A stretch of 63,360 bases of DNA, the filler included. It is 6 parts of 6 records of this genome, joined end to end, with 100 filler letters (N's around TTAATTAATTAA, not from the genome) between each part and the next. Parts side by side here need not be neighbours in the genome. Positions count along the whole stretch, not along the records: positions 28,068 to 43,258 come from SRR20825010_745; 5 more parts are not named here. The stretch is one strand, 5' to 3'. The notes beneath the pieces were generated by a model. The model did no database searches, had not been told where the DNA came from, and was given only the letters and a program-made list of their open reading frames with translations. Below, one piece after another: positions 31,738 to 41,810 of this stretch (its first letter is position 1; each line of letters starts with the position of its first letter). The translations under genes were made by a program, and so were the position numbers.

Positions 31738-32139
31738 TGTTTTGGGTGGCCGGTCTATTCGGCGCGTGTCGGCAGAGTGGGGAAGTTGTGAAGCAGAAAT
31801 AACGTGAAGTGTGTCGTGCTGGATACTGCCAAAACTGGTTTGTCCCACGGGCAACAGCACTACTGCGCAGGTGGGTGCGCAATTGCAGCAACCGTGCAGC
31901 GACTTCATCAGTTTCTTGGAAGAATCAGGATCGGCCTGCGCATCCATGTCGTGCATGCTGTGGTCCATGCCGTCGTGGTTCATTGCGCCGTGGTTCATGG
32001 TGCCGTGGTCGATTACTTGCCCAGCGCTGGTCGAATTTCCATTCAAATGGCATGCGAACATGCTGGCCTGCGCCATGCCTTGGACAGGCAACGCAAGCAG
32101 CATGAGCCACATCAGAAAGATTCGAACCATTTTTGTCAT
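31726..32139 (-). CDS. Exported Cys/His/Met-rich leader protein with C-terminal RPP (CutF/CruR/CopL-like)
   Basis: Signal-like LLALPVQG, His/Met repeats, CCNCAPTC, C-terminal DRPPK; start 32139 or 32130. Confidence 0.8.
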   Translation of the reverse strand: MTKMVRIFLMWLMLLALPVQGMAQASMFACHLNGNSTSAGQVIDHGTMNHGAMNHDGMDHSMHDMDAQADPDSSKKLMKSLHGCCNCAPTCAVVLLPVGQTSFGSIQHDTLHVISASQLPHSADTRRIDRPPKTLAI

Positions 32140-32203
32140 AACCAGCAACATACCATTCCCTTTCAGACAGGGCAAGCTGGGGAAAGTTGCAATTCAGGGG
32201 GAT

Positions 32204-34384
32204 TTACCCCAAGGCTTTGAGTAACTTCAATTGCTCGACCAACAACATGCGCACCACTTTGTCTTGTAATTTTTGGGGATGAGTCAGCTTCATTCTTTCA
32301 AGGTAAGGCAGGGCAGACGTAGGCGATTGATTGGCCAAGCAGGTTTTCAAGAGCAGCTTCCATTTGGGTGTTGTGGCGGCTTGGGCTTTCACGCCTTTCA
32401 GCGCCTGCGCCAACACCCATTCCTGTTCGGTAAAGTCGCAACCCAAAGGAAAAGGGGGCAATATATTCTCTTTAACCAATGCCCCCAATCGGCGAACCAG
32501 GCTTTCTGGCGTGTTACCCAGAAAGTCTTCCGGGATTTGATAATCTTCCTCGATTTTTTTGGCGGCCTTGGCCTGCTTGAGCAACTCACCCTGAAACCGC
32601 GAATCGGCAATATTAATCAAGGCTTTGGCCACATCAGAATCGGACTTTGAACGCAAATCGGCGATGCCATATTCGGTAACCACAATGTCGCGAAGATGCC
32701 GGGGTATCGTGCAGTGCCCATAGCTGAAAACCATGTTGCTGCTGGCCTGGCCACCACGTTCATTTTCACGAGCAGCCCGAATCATCAAAACACTTCGCCC
32801 AGTGGGCAACTTGTGCGCCATGGACACAAAGTTATATTGCCCACCTACGCCGGAAATAACCCGCCCATCAGCCAGGCCATCCGACACCACCGCGCCGCTG
32901 AGGGTAGCCATAATACCGGTGTTTACAAACCGTGCATGTTCACGCTGGGCACTGTACAAGGGGCGGTTCAAATCAAGCTGGTTGACATGCTCTACCCCCA
33001 ACATGTGGATTGAATTGCGTTCAGCAACCGGCATGTTTTTCAGGGCTGCATACATGGCTGTTGGCCCCAGAAAAAATCCTGCATGCAGCACGGTACCATT
33101 CACAAGTGAGGTCCCCAGGCCACTGCTCGCCAAGGCTGTGCGCGTGGCTTTGTCAGCCAGGTTGGCCAACACACGCTGCCCATTGGGCAGTACAAGGCAA
33201 ACCCCATCGAACAAAACACTCTCGGCCAACAGGCCGTGCCGCTTGAGCACATCAAAATCTTTCGGTGTAATTTCACGCACACCCAATTCAGCCAAATCAT
33301 CCAGAATCGATGCGCTCAGATGATCTGGATTGCACCTGCCCAAATTGATCAGCCGCTGCAAAGCCCAGTGCTCATACACCTTGCGCTTTAGCACGCCTTT
33401 TTGCATCAAATGCAAAAAACCATCCACAAACATTTCAGTGGCACCATACAAACCGGTTTTAAAAGGTTGTTTGCCACCAATCCGCTCTGCAAGCTCATCA
33501 CTTTCCTTCGGCCAATTCATTGCCTCCAATACCCGGCAATAATTCGCGTTGTCGGTGTGCCGCAAGCCAAGCGCATGCACCACTGCATCGCCCAATGCAC
33601 CAATGCCCACCTGCAAGGTGCCGCCATCTTTAATCAACGCGCTGGCATAAAAGCCCAAGGCGTAATCGGCAACGTCCACTGGCAACTTGGGCGTAGAAAA
33701 CAGCGTGGTCGTGTAACGCGGATGGTCAACCACCAGGTCAAATTCTTCGCTCGGCACCACAGCACTGTGCGCCATGTAGGGCAAGTTCTGGTTCACCAAA
33801 CCCACCAACAGATGCGGCCTTTTTCCTTCCCGCAACAAGCGCACCAATTCAGGCGATGTGTCCGGGTTGCAACTCAAGGAATATTCAGCAGCCTCACCTT
33901 CGTCAGGTTTACACACGGCTTGCATGGCGAGGTTACACCCCTGCGCATAGATGTCTCGAGCCGCCATGGTGTAGTTGGTGCTGACATAATTTTGCTGGGC
34001 ATTTGGATTGTCCATACGGCTGCCCGGTTTGAAGAAAAACTCGTGCAGTTTGACGTTGGCGGGTAACTTGCCGAGCGTGGCGTCGACCGCATACAGCAGA
34101 CCAGGGCAATCGCCCCACACACGGTCTACAAAGGGTTGAAGAAAAGCTGCTTCGGTTTCCGAGCTTGCAACTGGCTTTTCCAGAGACAGCGCAGTAAGAA
34201 TGGTCAAATGAATAGACGAATCCGTTTTGGCGCGCAGGTACAAGGCGTTGATCAGCTCGGGGGGTTTGCCCAAGCCCAGTGGCAAACCTACCTTGATGTT
34301 ATTGCCCAAGCGTTGAAGAATTTGGTCTACACACTGCTCAACATTGTCCAGAACCAGGGGTTTTGTTGTGCGGTGTGTGGACAT
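32204..34384 (-). CDS. Acetyl-CoA hydrolase/transferase family protein
   Basis: PLGLGKP, DGGTLQVGIG, SGVGGQYNFV, TIPRHLRDIVVTEYGIADLR. Confidence 0.9.
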   Translation of the reverse strand: MSTHRTTKPLVLDNVEQCVDQILQRLGNNIKVGLPLGLGKPPELINALYLRAKTDSSIHLTILTALSLEKPVASSETEAAFLQPFVDRVWGDCPGLLYAVDATLGKLPANVKLHEFFFKPGSRMDNPNAQQNYVSTNYTMAARDIYAQGCNLAMQAVCKPDEGEAAEYSLSCNPDTSPELVRLLREGKRPHLLVGLVNQNLPYMAHSAVVPSEEFDLVVDHPRYTTTLFSTPKLPVDVADYALGFYASALIKDGGTLQVGIGALGDAVVHALGLRHTDNANYCRVLEAMNWPKESDELAERIGGKQPFKTGLYGATEMFVDGFLHLMQKGVLKRKVYEHWALQRLINLGRCNPDHLSASILDDLAELGVREITPKDFDVLKRHGLLAESVLFDGVCLVLPNGQRVLANLADKATRTALASSGLGTSLVNGTVLHAGFFLGPTAMYAALKNMPVAERNSIHMLGVEHVNQLDLNRPLYSAQREHARFVNTGIMATLSGAVVSDGLADGRVISGVGGQYNFVSMAHKLPTGRSVLMIRAARENERGGQASSNMVFSYGHCTIPRHLRDIVVTEYGIADLRSKSDSDVAKALINIADSRFQGELLKQAKAAKKIEEDYQIPEDFLGNTPESLVRRLGALVKENILPPFPLGCDFTEQEWVLAQALKGVKAQAATTPKWKLLLKTCLANQSPTSALPYLERMKLTHPQKLQDKVVRMLLVEQLKLLKALG

Positions 34385-34399
34385 GAATTCTCGCAAAAG

Positions 34400-35362
34400 T
34401 TAAGCTGGCACCTTCATGTTCGCTGCAATCGCGCCAGCGGGCATGGCAGCCGGAGACTGATTCAAATAGGCCTGTGCCAATTCAGTCGAACCTTCTTTGG
34501 AAGGATCGTACCACGGGCTGAAATAGGGCAACTGCTGCATCACCAACCAAAGTGGGTTGGGCAATAACTGCTTGCGCGAGGCCTTGAACCATTCAACCCA
34601 CATCCATGGCTTGTACACCGCAGGTTTTTTCTTGGCAAAACGGGGATCCTGACCGGCAATATTGGCTGCACCATCCACCCACAAGCCAATAATCATGGGT
34701 ACCACAATCGCCGCCATGTAATAGCGGGACAAATAATCGCCACCCAAATGCTTGTACAAATCAAAAGCCACACTGCGGTGCTCCACTTCTTCAGCGCCAT
34801 GCCAGCGAATCAGGTCTAACAACACTTGGTCGGAATTCAATTCGTCCCATTTTTTGTTTTCCAGCACATACATGCCCAGCACGCAGGTCATGTGTTCAAT
34901 GGTGGCCACCAAACCAAGGCGGGCCAGCAGCCAGCGGTGTTCTAGCCAGGCTGGTACCTTTTTGCCGAAAGGTGTGTCGTCCAGCACCACATCAAACAAC
35001 CATTTCATCAATTGCTGATTGCGCTCGGTCTTGATGCCGCGCGCTGCCAGGTATTCCTCGGTGGCCGAGCTGTGACCACGCGCATGCATGGCCTCCTGCT
35101 TGATAAAACCACGCACGTCCTCTTTCAACTTTTCATCGGTGACCAAGGGCAAGGCATTGTTGTAAAGGCGGCAAAACCAGAATTCGCCAGCGGGCAAAAT
35201 CAGGTTGATCTCATTGATGAAATAGCTTGCATAGGGTTCATTCGGAATCCAGTCAATCGGCGTTTCCGACCAGTCAAATTTCACATTGCGTTGTTTCAAG
35301 GGCACGTCGGTGTTCGACGCGGGACGCGCGGCTTTTCTTCGCGCAGCTGTGGTGGCGGTCAT
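34400..35362 (-). CDS. Predicted metal-dependent hydrolase (ferritin-like diiron motifs)
   Basis: LPAGEFWFC, QEAMH, IEHMT, WHGAEEVEHRSVAFD. Confidence 0.88.
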   Translation of the reverse strand: MTATTAARRKAARPASNTDVPLKQRNVKFDWSETPIDWIPNEPYASYFINEINLILPAGEFWFCRLYNNALPLVTDEKLKEDVRGFIKQEAMHARGHSSATEEYLAARGIKTERNQQLMKWLFDVVLDDTPFGKKVPAWLEHRWLLARLGLVATIEHMTCVLGMYVLENKKWDELNSDQVLLDLIRWHGAEEVEHRSVAFDLYKHLGGDYLSRYYMAAIVVPMIIGLWVDGAANIAGQDPRFAKKKPAVYKPWMWVEWFKASRKQLLPNPLWLVMQQLPYFSPWYDPSKEGSTELAQAYLNQSPAAMPAGAIAANMKVPA

Positions 35363-35389
35363 GGTGGGTCTCCGACGGTTTTGTTTAGG

Positions 35390-35409
35390 ATGACATTCTT
35401 TGATGTCAT
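35390..35409. promoter_or_regulatory. Palindromic operator candidate upstream of the hydrolase operon
   Basis: ATGACAT-N6-ATGTCAT. Confidence 0.45.
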
Positions 35410-35481
35410 GGTTTGATCTTAACCGGGAAGTTTCAGAACAGATAGGGGATTTGCTCTACATGAAATCCAGCCAATCGAGTT

Positions 35482-35817
35482 TCACCCAGTCGAATCCTTG
35501 ATGGTGCCCGACTTGCCATTGGTTTTAACTGATTCAATGCCACCTTCGCAGGCAGCCTCGCTGGCATACATCTGGCTGGAACCAATAATCTGGTGATTGG
35601 CTGCCTTCAAGTTAAAGTAGTGTTTGCCATTGATCGCCACTTTTTTCTCATAGCGCGAAGAGTCGCCACAGTTCTTCTGAACCGACTCAATTCCGTTTTC
35701 CGCAGAGGCCTTGGTTTTGTAAAGTTCGCTGGTCAGAATGGTTTCATGGTTACCGGCTTTCAACACAAACCGGAACTGACCATCACTGCTTTTCGTCAAC
35801 TCGAAATAACCTGCCAT
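35482..35817 (-). CDS. yegP: YegP / DUF1508 tandem-domain protein
   Basis: FRFVLKAGNHETILTSELY and YFNLKAANHQIIGSSQMY repeats; GGAG SD. Confidence 0.92.
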   Translation of the reverse strand: MAGYFELTKSSDGQFRFVLKAGNHETILTSELYKTKASAENGIESVQKNCGDSSRYEKKVAINGKHYFNLKAANHQIIGSSQMYASEAACEGGIESVKTNGKSGTIKDSTG

Positions 35818-35912
35818 TTCCAGCTCCTTTGCCATGAATATGAATGAGTGCTGTGGGTTAACCCGTCTTGGTTATATCCCACAGCACTTCCACAGGTCAA
35901 TCAATTCACGCT

Positions 35913-37358
35913 TTACTCTTTCAGCGCCACCTGATCGGCATTGAAGCCGCCGCCCAAAGCACGGATCATGGCCAAACTGGCACCCTGCTGGCTTTGCCAG
36001 GCTGAGGCCCAATTCAACTGGGCGTTCAGCAAATTGCGTTGGGCATCCAGCAATTCAAGCTGATTGGCCACGCCATTGTCCACACGCAGTTGCGCCAGGC
36101 GAACCACCTGGGTCAGGGTTTGAACCTGCTCCTGGCGGGCCTGCAAACGCTCGCGCGCTTCACGCTGGGCCACAATGGCGTCGTAAATTTCCTGAAATGC
36201 GGTGCGAATACGGGCCTCGTACTGCAACACAGCCTGATTGCGGCGGGCCACGGCGGCATCGCGTTCGTCAAACAAACGACCCGCCTGGAAAATGGGCTGG
36301 GTAATTTGGGTCTGGAAGCTCCAGATACGGGCCGGACCTGTGAACAAATCGCTTAAATCGGCACTTTCCCGACCACCAAAGGCACTTAGCCCAATCGACG
36401 GAAAAAATGCTTTGCGAGCGGCTTCAAGATTGGCCTCGCCTGCCAGCAATTGCTGCTCGGCTGCTGCCAGGTCAGGGCGGCGCAGCAACAATTCGGAAGG
36501 CGTATCTTCCGGCAAAATAAACAGGCGGGTCAGCTCAAGATTTTCTACTGCCAAATCTGGCAACACAGGGGTGTTGCCACCCACAACCACCGCCAATGCG
36601 TTTTGCACGCGGGCCAGTTGTTCGCGGGTATCCGGCAACTGGGCGCGCACTGCCAGCAATTCGGCCTCGGTTTGGCGCAATTGGAGTTCATTGCTCAAGC
36701 CCACGTCGTAACGCTGCCTGGCCAGCTTGTACGCAGCATCCCGGCTTTCAAGGGTTTGTTCCAACACTTTCACTTGCAGGCCCAACACACGCACCTGTGT
36801 GTACAGCGATGCAGCAGTTGCGGCCACACTCAAGCGCACACCGCGCACGTTGTAACCCTGCTGCATGAAGCCCGCACGCGCGGCGTCTTCCAGTGCGCCT
36901 ATCCGGCCCCACAGGTCGAGTTCCCAGGTGGCACCAATGCCAAACCTGTTGTTCTCATACACGTTTTGAGCGCCAAACACCGGCACGTTTCCGGCTTGGG
37001 AAGGGCGATTGCGCCCGCTGGTGAACTGGCCAAAAATAGAGGGCCACTGTTGCGACTTGGCGATACCCAGCACTGCGCCAGCCTCGTTCAAACGCTCATT
37101 GGCCAAACGCACATCGGTGCTGTTTTCCAAGGCCTGCTCAATCACAGCTGTTAATGCTGGGTCACCAAGCTGCAGCCACCACGCTTCGTTCTTGACCTGG
37201 CTCATCGCCAGGGTATTTACGTTTTCCGGAAGCTTCACTTCGACAGGCTTTTCAGGCTCGGCTTTGAACCGTTCCAGCAAAGGAATGCTGGAGGCACAAC
37301 CGCTCAGCGCCAAGGCCAAACCCAGGGTAATTGCTGTTTTTGGAAGGGCTTTAAACAT
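35913..37358 (-). CDS. RND efflux outer membrane lipoprotein (OprM/NodT family)
   Basis: Lipobox LSGC, WELDLWG, PSELLLRRPDL, ALGGG. Confidence 0.93.
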   Translation of the reverse strand: MFKALPKTAITLGLALALSGCASSIPLLERFKAEPEKPVEVKLPENVNTLAMSQVKNEAWWLQLGDPALTAVIEQALENSTDVRLANERLNEAGAVLGIAKSQQWPSIFGQFTSGRNRPSQAGNVPVFGAQNVYENNRFGIGATWELDLWGRIGALEDAARAGFMQQGYNVRGVRLSVAATAASLYTQVRVLGLQVKVLEQTLESRDAAYKLARQRYDVGLSNELQLRQTEAELLAVRAQLPDTREQLARVQNALAVVVGGNTPVLPDLAVENLELTRLFILPEDTPSELLLRRPDLAAAEQQLLAGEANLEAARKAFFPSIGLSAFGGRESADLSDLFTGPARIWSFQTQITQPIFQAGRLFDERDAAVARRNQAVLQYEARIRTAFQEIYDAIVAQREARERLQARQEQVQTLTQVVRLAQLRVDNGVANQLELLDAQRNLLNAQLNWASAWQSQQGASLAMIRALGGGFNADQVALKE

Positions 37359-40300
37359 GGTCGCCCCCTTTGTTTGTTGTATGTTGATTGGATGAATCAT
37401 TTGCTTCCTCTTCATCGCCATGGTGTCGTCCACCTTTCTCACCCCTGTCGATCAGGCGGTAAAACAGGGGCACAAAGAAAATGGCCAGCAATGTGGCGGC
37501 AGTCATGCCACCCATCACACCGGTTCCTACTGCAGTTCGTGCGCCGGCACCGGCACCGCTGGAAAACGCCAGCGGAACAACCCCCAGAATAAACGCAAAC
37601 GAGGTCATCAAGATCGGGCGAAAACGCAAACGGGCCGCTTCCAGCGAAGCCTGCAGGGCGCTCATTCCTTCCTCTCGCTTTAACACTGCAAATTCGACGA
37701 TCAAAATTGCGTTCTTCGCCGCCAGCCCCAGCAAGGTCACCAAGCCAATCTGGAAATACACGTCATTGGTCATGTCGCGCATCCACACCGCCAGCAAGGC
37801 ACCAAACAAGCCAAATGGCATGGCCAGCAACACGGAAAACGGCAACGTCCATTTTTCGTACTGCGCAGCCAGAATCAGGAACACCATCAATGCCCCCAGA
37901 ATCAGTGCAAAACTGGAAGAACCTTCGGATCGCTTTTCCTGAAATGAGGCACCAGAAAAATCGTAGCTGAAATCATCGGGCAACACATCAGCCGCAATGT
38001 CTTCAATCGCCTTGATCGCCTCGCCAGAACTAATGCCGGGCGCACCGCTGCCCAACAGCTTTACTGCAGGTAGATTGTTGAAACGCTCCAAAGTTTCCGG
38101 CCCTTGAGAAAACTCCACTTTTGCAAACGCTGAAATGGGGATCATCTCGCCTTTGTTGGAACGCACATACATGTTGCCAATGTCAGTCGGGCTTTTGCGG
38201 TATTGCGCATCGGCCGACATCAATACCTGCCAGGTGCGACCAAACTTGTTGAAGTCGTTCACATAGTAAGTACCCAGGCTTGCGGACAAAGTATCAAACA
38301 CTTCATTCACATTCACACCCATGGCACGTGCGCGCTCACGGTCTACGTCCACAAACAACTGCGGTGTGCCGGGGCGCCACAAGGTTTGTACACCCGCCAG
38401 GCGCGGGTCTGCATTGGCCTTGGCCATGAAGTCGTTCATCACTTTGGCCAGTTCAGCCGGGCCGCCTTCGCCACGGTTTTGAATGTAAAACTCAAAACCA
38501 CCGGCATTGCCCAAACCAAAGATGGGAGGCGGTGCAAAGGCCAGCACCAAACCTTCCTGAATGCCTGCCGTGCGGCCAAACAACTCGCCCACCAAATCCT
38601 TCGTCACCGCCTCACGTTCATCCCAGTGGCGCTGGGTTACAAACATGGTGGCCGCATTGTTTTTAAAGCTGCCACCCAGAAAGTCAAATCCCGTGAATGC
38701 GACGGAATACTCGTTGGCCGGGTTGGCTGCAACTGCGTCCACTACTTTAGCCACCACCTTGTCGGTGCGCTGCAAGGTTGCACCATCGGGCAAAAAAACT
38801 GCAGCAATGAAATAGCCTTGGTCCTCATCAGGCACCAGTGAACCCGGTGTGGCTTTGAACAAACCGGCAGTCACCAGCAGCATCACCAGGAAAAGGCCGA
38901 TACCAATGGCCGGGCGCATGCTGATGAACTTCACACCGCCCACATAGCGGGTGGTTACGCGTGCAAACCAGTTGTTGAATGCCGTGAAAAAGCGGCCCGG
39001 TTTTTTGTGTTCATGCTTTAGCATCAACACACACAATGCTGGGGTCAGTGTCAACGCGACCACACCGGAAACAATCACGGCAATGGAAATCGTGATGGCA
39101 AATTGACGGTACAGCTCGCCGGTTAAACCACCCAGAAAACCAATCGGAATGAACACGGCCGACAGCACCAGCACAATCGCAATCACAGGCCCGGTCACCT
39201 CCTGCATGGCCTTGATCGCGGCTTTGCGGGCGCTCAAACCTTCCTCGTGCATAATGCGCTCAACGTTTTCCAGCACCACAATGGCATCGTCCACCACAAT
39301 ACCAATGGCCAGCACCATGCCAAACAAGGTCAAGGTATTGATTGAATATCCCAACACGTACAAACCTGCAAAAGCACCCAGCAGCGAAACCGGCACCGCC
39401 ATGATGGGGATCAACGTGGCACGCCAGTTTTGCAGAAACACATACACCACGATAAACACCAGAATCATCGCTTCAACCAGTGTTTTTACCACTTCGCGAA
39501 TCGACACTTCCACGAACCGTGTCGTGTCGTAGGGCACCGCGTAATCCAGCCCTTCCGGAAAATCAGCGGCAATGTCGTCTACCGTGGTTTTCACGGTTTG
39601 TGCCACATCCAGCGCATTGGCACCGGGCTGCAAAAACACACCCACCAGCGTGGCCGGTTTGCCGTTGATGCGGCCAGTGAAATCGTAATCTTTCGAGCCC
39701 AGCTCAACGCGGGCCACGTCTTTCAAGCGCAATGAAGAACCATCCGCATTCACCCGTATCAACACGTTCTCAAATTCTTCAACGTCTTGAAGCCGGCCCT
39801 GCGCCGTGATGGTGTACACCAGTTCCTGGCCGTTGTTGTTGGGGGCCTGTCCCACCTTGCCCGCCGCAAACTGCGCGTTTTGTTCGTTCAGTGCAGCGGC
39901 AATGTCGCCCGCGGTCAGCTTCAACTGGGCCATGCGGTCAGGCTTGATCCAGATGCGCATCGCATAGTCTTTCGCACCAAAAATTTGCACATTGGTGGTG
40001 CCGGGAATTCGCTTGATGCGGTCCAGCACATTCAAAGTCACATAGTTCGAGGTGTAAAAGTCGTCAAAGCGACCATCTTCGGAATAAAACGCCAACACCT
40101 GCAAGAAGGAGGATGAACCCTTGTTTACCGTCACGCCCTGTCTGCGCACTTCCTGCGGCAAAATGTTTTCCACCTGCTTCACGCGGTTGTTCACGTTCAG
40201 CGCGGCCTGATCGGGGTCAGTGCCAATCTCGAATGTCACCATGATTTCAACCACGCCACTGCTGGCCGAAGTCGAGCTCATGTACATCATGTTCTCAACA

Positions 40301-40515
40301 CCGTTGATGGCGTTTTCAATCGGGGCAGCCACGGTGCTGGCTATCACCTCTGCCGAAGCACCGGGATACACCGCACGAACCTGAACCACGGGTGGCGCAA
40401 TTTCAGGGTACTGGGCAATGGGCAAACCACGCATGGCGGCCAAACCCGCCAAAATGATGAAAATTGACAGAACGGCCGCAAACACGGGCCGATCAATAAA
40501 GAATTTCGAAAACAT
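37351..40515 (-). CDS. HAE1-family RND permease (AcrB/MexB-like)
   Basis: MFSKFFIDRPVFA, GIVVDDAIVVLEN, KNAILIVEFA, RFRPILMTS. Confidence 0.96.
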   Translation of the reverse strand: MFSKFFIDRPVFAAVLSIFIILAGLAAMRGLPIAQYPEIAPPVVQVRAVYPGASAEVIASTVAAPIENAINGVENMMYMSSTSASSGVVEIMVTFEIGTDPDQAALNVNNRVKQVENILPQEVRRQGVTVNKGSSSFLQVLAFYSEDGRFDDFYTSNYVTLNVLDRIKRIPGTTNVQIFGAKDYAMRIWIKPDRMAQLKLTAGDIAAALNEQNAQFAAGKVGQAPNNNGQELVYTITAQGRLQDVEEFENVLIRVNADGSSLRLKDVARVELGSKDYDFTGRINGKPATLVGVFLQPGANALDVAQTVKTTVDDIAADFPEGLDYAVPYDTTRFVEVSIREVVKTLVEAMILVFIVVYVFLQNWRATLIPIMAVPVSLLGAFAGLYVLGYSINTLTLFGMVLAIGIVVDDAIVVLENVERIMHEEGLSARKAAIKAMQEVTGPVIAIVLVLSAVFIPIGFLGGLTGELYRQFAITISIAVIVSGVVALTLTPALCVLMLKHEHKKPGRFFTAFNNWFARVTTRYVGGVKFISMRPAIGIGLFLVMLLVTAGLFKATPGSLVPDEDQGYFIAAVFLPDGATLQRTDKVVAKVVDAVAANPANEYSVAFTGFDFLGGSFKNNAATMFVTQRHWDEREAVTKDLVGELFGRTAGIQEGLVLAFAPPPIFGLGNAGGFEFYIQNRGEGGPAELAKVMNDFMAKANADPRLAGVQTLWRPGTPQLFVDVDRERARAMGVNVNEVFDTLSASLGTYYVNDFNKFGRTWQVLMSADAQYRKSPTDIGNMYVRSNKGEMIPISAFAKVEFSQGPETLERFNNLPAVKLLGSGAPGISSGEAIKAIEDIAADVLPDDFSYDFSGASFQEKRSEGSSSFALILGALMVFLILAAQYEKWTLPFSVLLAMPFGLFGALLAVWMRDMTNDVYFQIGLVTLLGLAAKNAILIVEFAVLKREEGMSALQASLEAARLRFRPILMTSFAFILGVVPLAFSSGAGAGARTAVGTGVMGGMTAATLLAIFFVPLFYRLIDRGEKGGRHHGDEEEANDSSNQHTTNKGGDHV

Positions 40516-40528
40516 GTGGCGACCCTTT

Positions 40529-41743
40529 TTACTTTGTCGAGGCAGTTTCAATCACAGCTTGTACGGGTGTTCCGGGGGGCGCTTTCATAAAACCATCGGT
40601 GATCACCTTGTCGCCACTTTTCAAACCATCTGTCACCACCCACTGGTCGCCTTTCCACTGCGCTACCTGCACTGGGCGCGGGGCCACGGTGTTTTCCGGG
40701 CTCACAGTCATTACAATTTTTCCACCCGCCGGGTTTTCAAGCACAGCACGCTGGGGCAACAACACCGCATCCTTCTGTACTGCACCACTTACGCGCACAC
40801 GCACAAACTGCCCGGGGCTTAGCACCTCTTTGTTGTTGACCAGCACGGCACGCGCATCCACCGTGCCTGTTGCAGGGTTCACACGCACATCCTGAAATCC
40901 CAGCTTCGCTTTCAGACCAATCGGTTCGCCATCGGCACCCAACACTTCAACCAACAGGTTTCCGTTGCTCAAGCTGACCGCACCACTGGCGATGCCTTTG
41001 CGAAGCTGATCGTGATCCTTTCCGGGAATGCCGAAGTTCACATACACCTGGTCGATCTGGGTCACCGTGGTCAGCAATTCAGATGGGCCAGACACAAAGC
41101 TGCCCTCGGAATACAAGGAACGGCTTGCAAAACCATTCACAGGCGACTCAACCCGCGCATATTCCAGGTTCAAACGCGCCGTGCGCACCGCTGCGCTGGC
41201 CACCAGCACATCCGCCTTGGCGATCTCGAAAGCCGATTGCGCGCCATCCAGTTCTGATTGCGAAACAGCTTTGCTTTCCGCCAGCGGCATAACACGCCTG
41301 TAATCGCGCTCAGCCTGCGCTGCACGAACCCTGGCTGCATTCTCATCGGCCAAGGCGCGCGCCAACGCTGTTTGATAGGGCGCATTGTCCAGGCTGTACA
41401 AAGACTGGCCTTTTTTCACACGCGTGCCTTCTTCAAACAAGCGGCGTTCGATAATACCGGCCACGCGGGCGCGAATTTCAACTTCACGCAGACCCGCAAT
41501 TTGGGCAGGGTATTCGTAGGTCAATTCCAGTTGCTCGGGTTTTACCTCGACCACAGGAACGGACGCGGCTTGACTGGCGCCAGGGCCACCGGGCGCCTGG
41601 GCATCCGCACCCTGGCTGCAGCCCAGCAACAAGACGCTGGATAAAACAGTCACCAGCAGCGCAGGCAGAAGGGTCACCCCTGCAAATGCGTGGCTGTAGG
41701 AAGAAGCTTGGGTTTGTTGTGAATTCAACGGGTTGCTGTGCAT
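40529..41743 (-). CDS. RND periplasmic adaptor (AcrA/MexA-like)
   Basis: Lipobox LLGC, EIRARVAGII, SPVNG, LSPGQFVRVR. Confidence 0.93.
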   Translation of the reverse strand: MHSNPLNSQQTQASSYSHAFAGVTLLPALLVTVLSSVLLLGCSQGADAQAPGGPGASQAASVPVVEVKPEQLELTYEYPAQIAGLREVEIRARVAGIIERRLFEEGTRVKKGQSLYSLDNAPYQTALARALADENAARVRAAQAERDYRRVMPLAESKAVSQSELDGAQSAFEIAKADVLVASAAVRTARLNLEYARVESPVNGFASRSLYSEGSFVSGPSELLTTVTQIDQVYVNFGIPGKDHDQLRKGIASGAVSLSNGNLLVEVLGADGEPIGLKAKLGFQDVRVNPATGTVDARAVLVNNKEVLSPGQFVRVRVSGAVQKDAVLLPQRAVLENPAGGKIVMTVSPENTVAPRPVQVAQWKGDQWVVTDGLKSGDKVITDGFMKAPPGTPVQAVIETASTK

Positions 41744-41810
41744 GATAATTGCCCTGTTATATCCTTGTGGGAACTTTACGGCTTGATTTAATGACCGGGA
41801 AGTCAGATAA

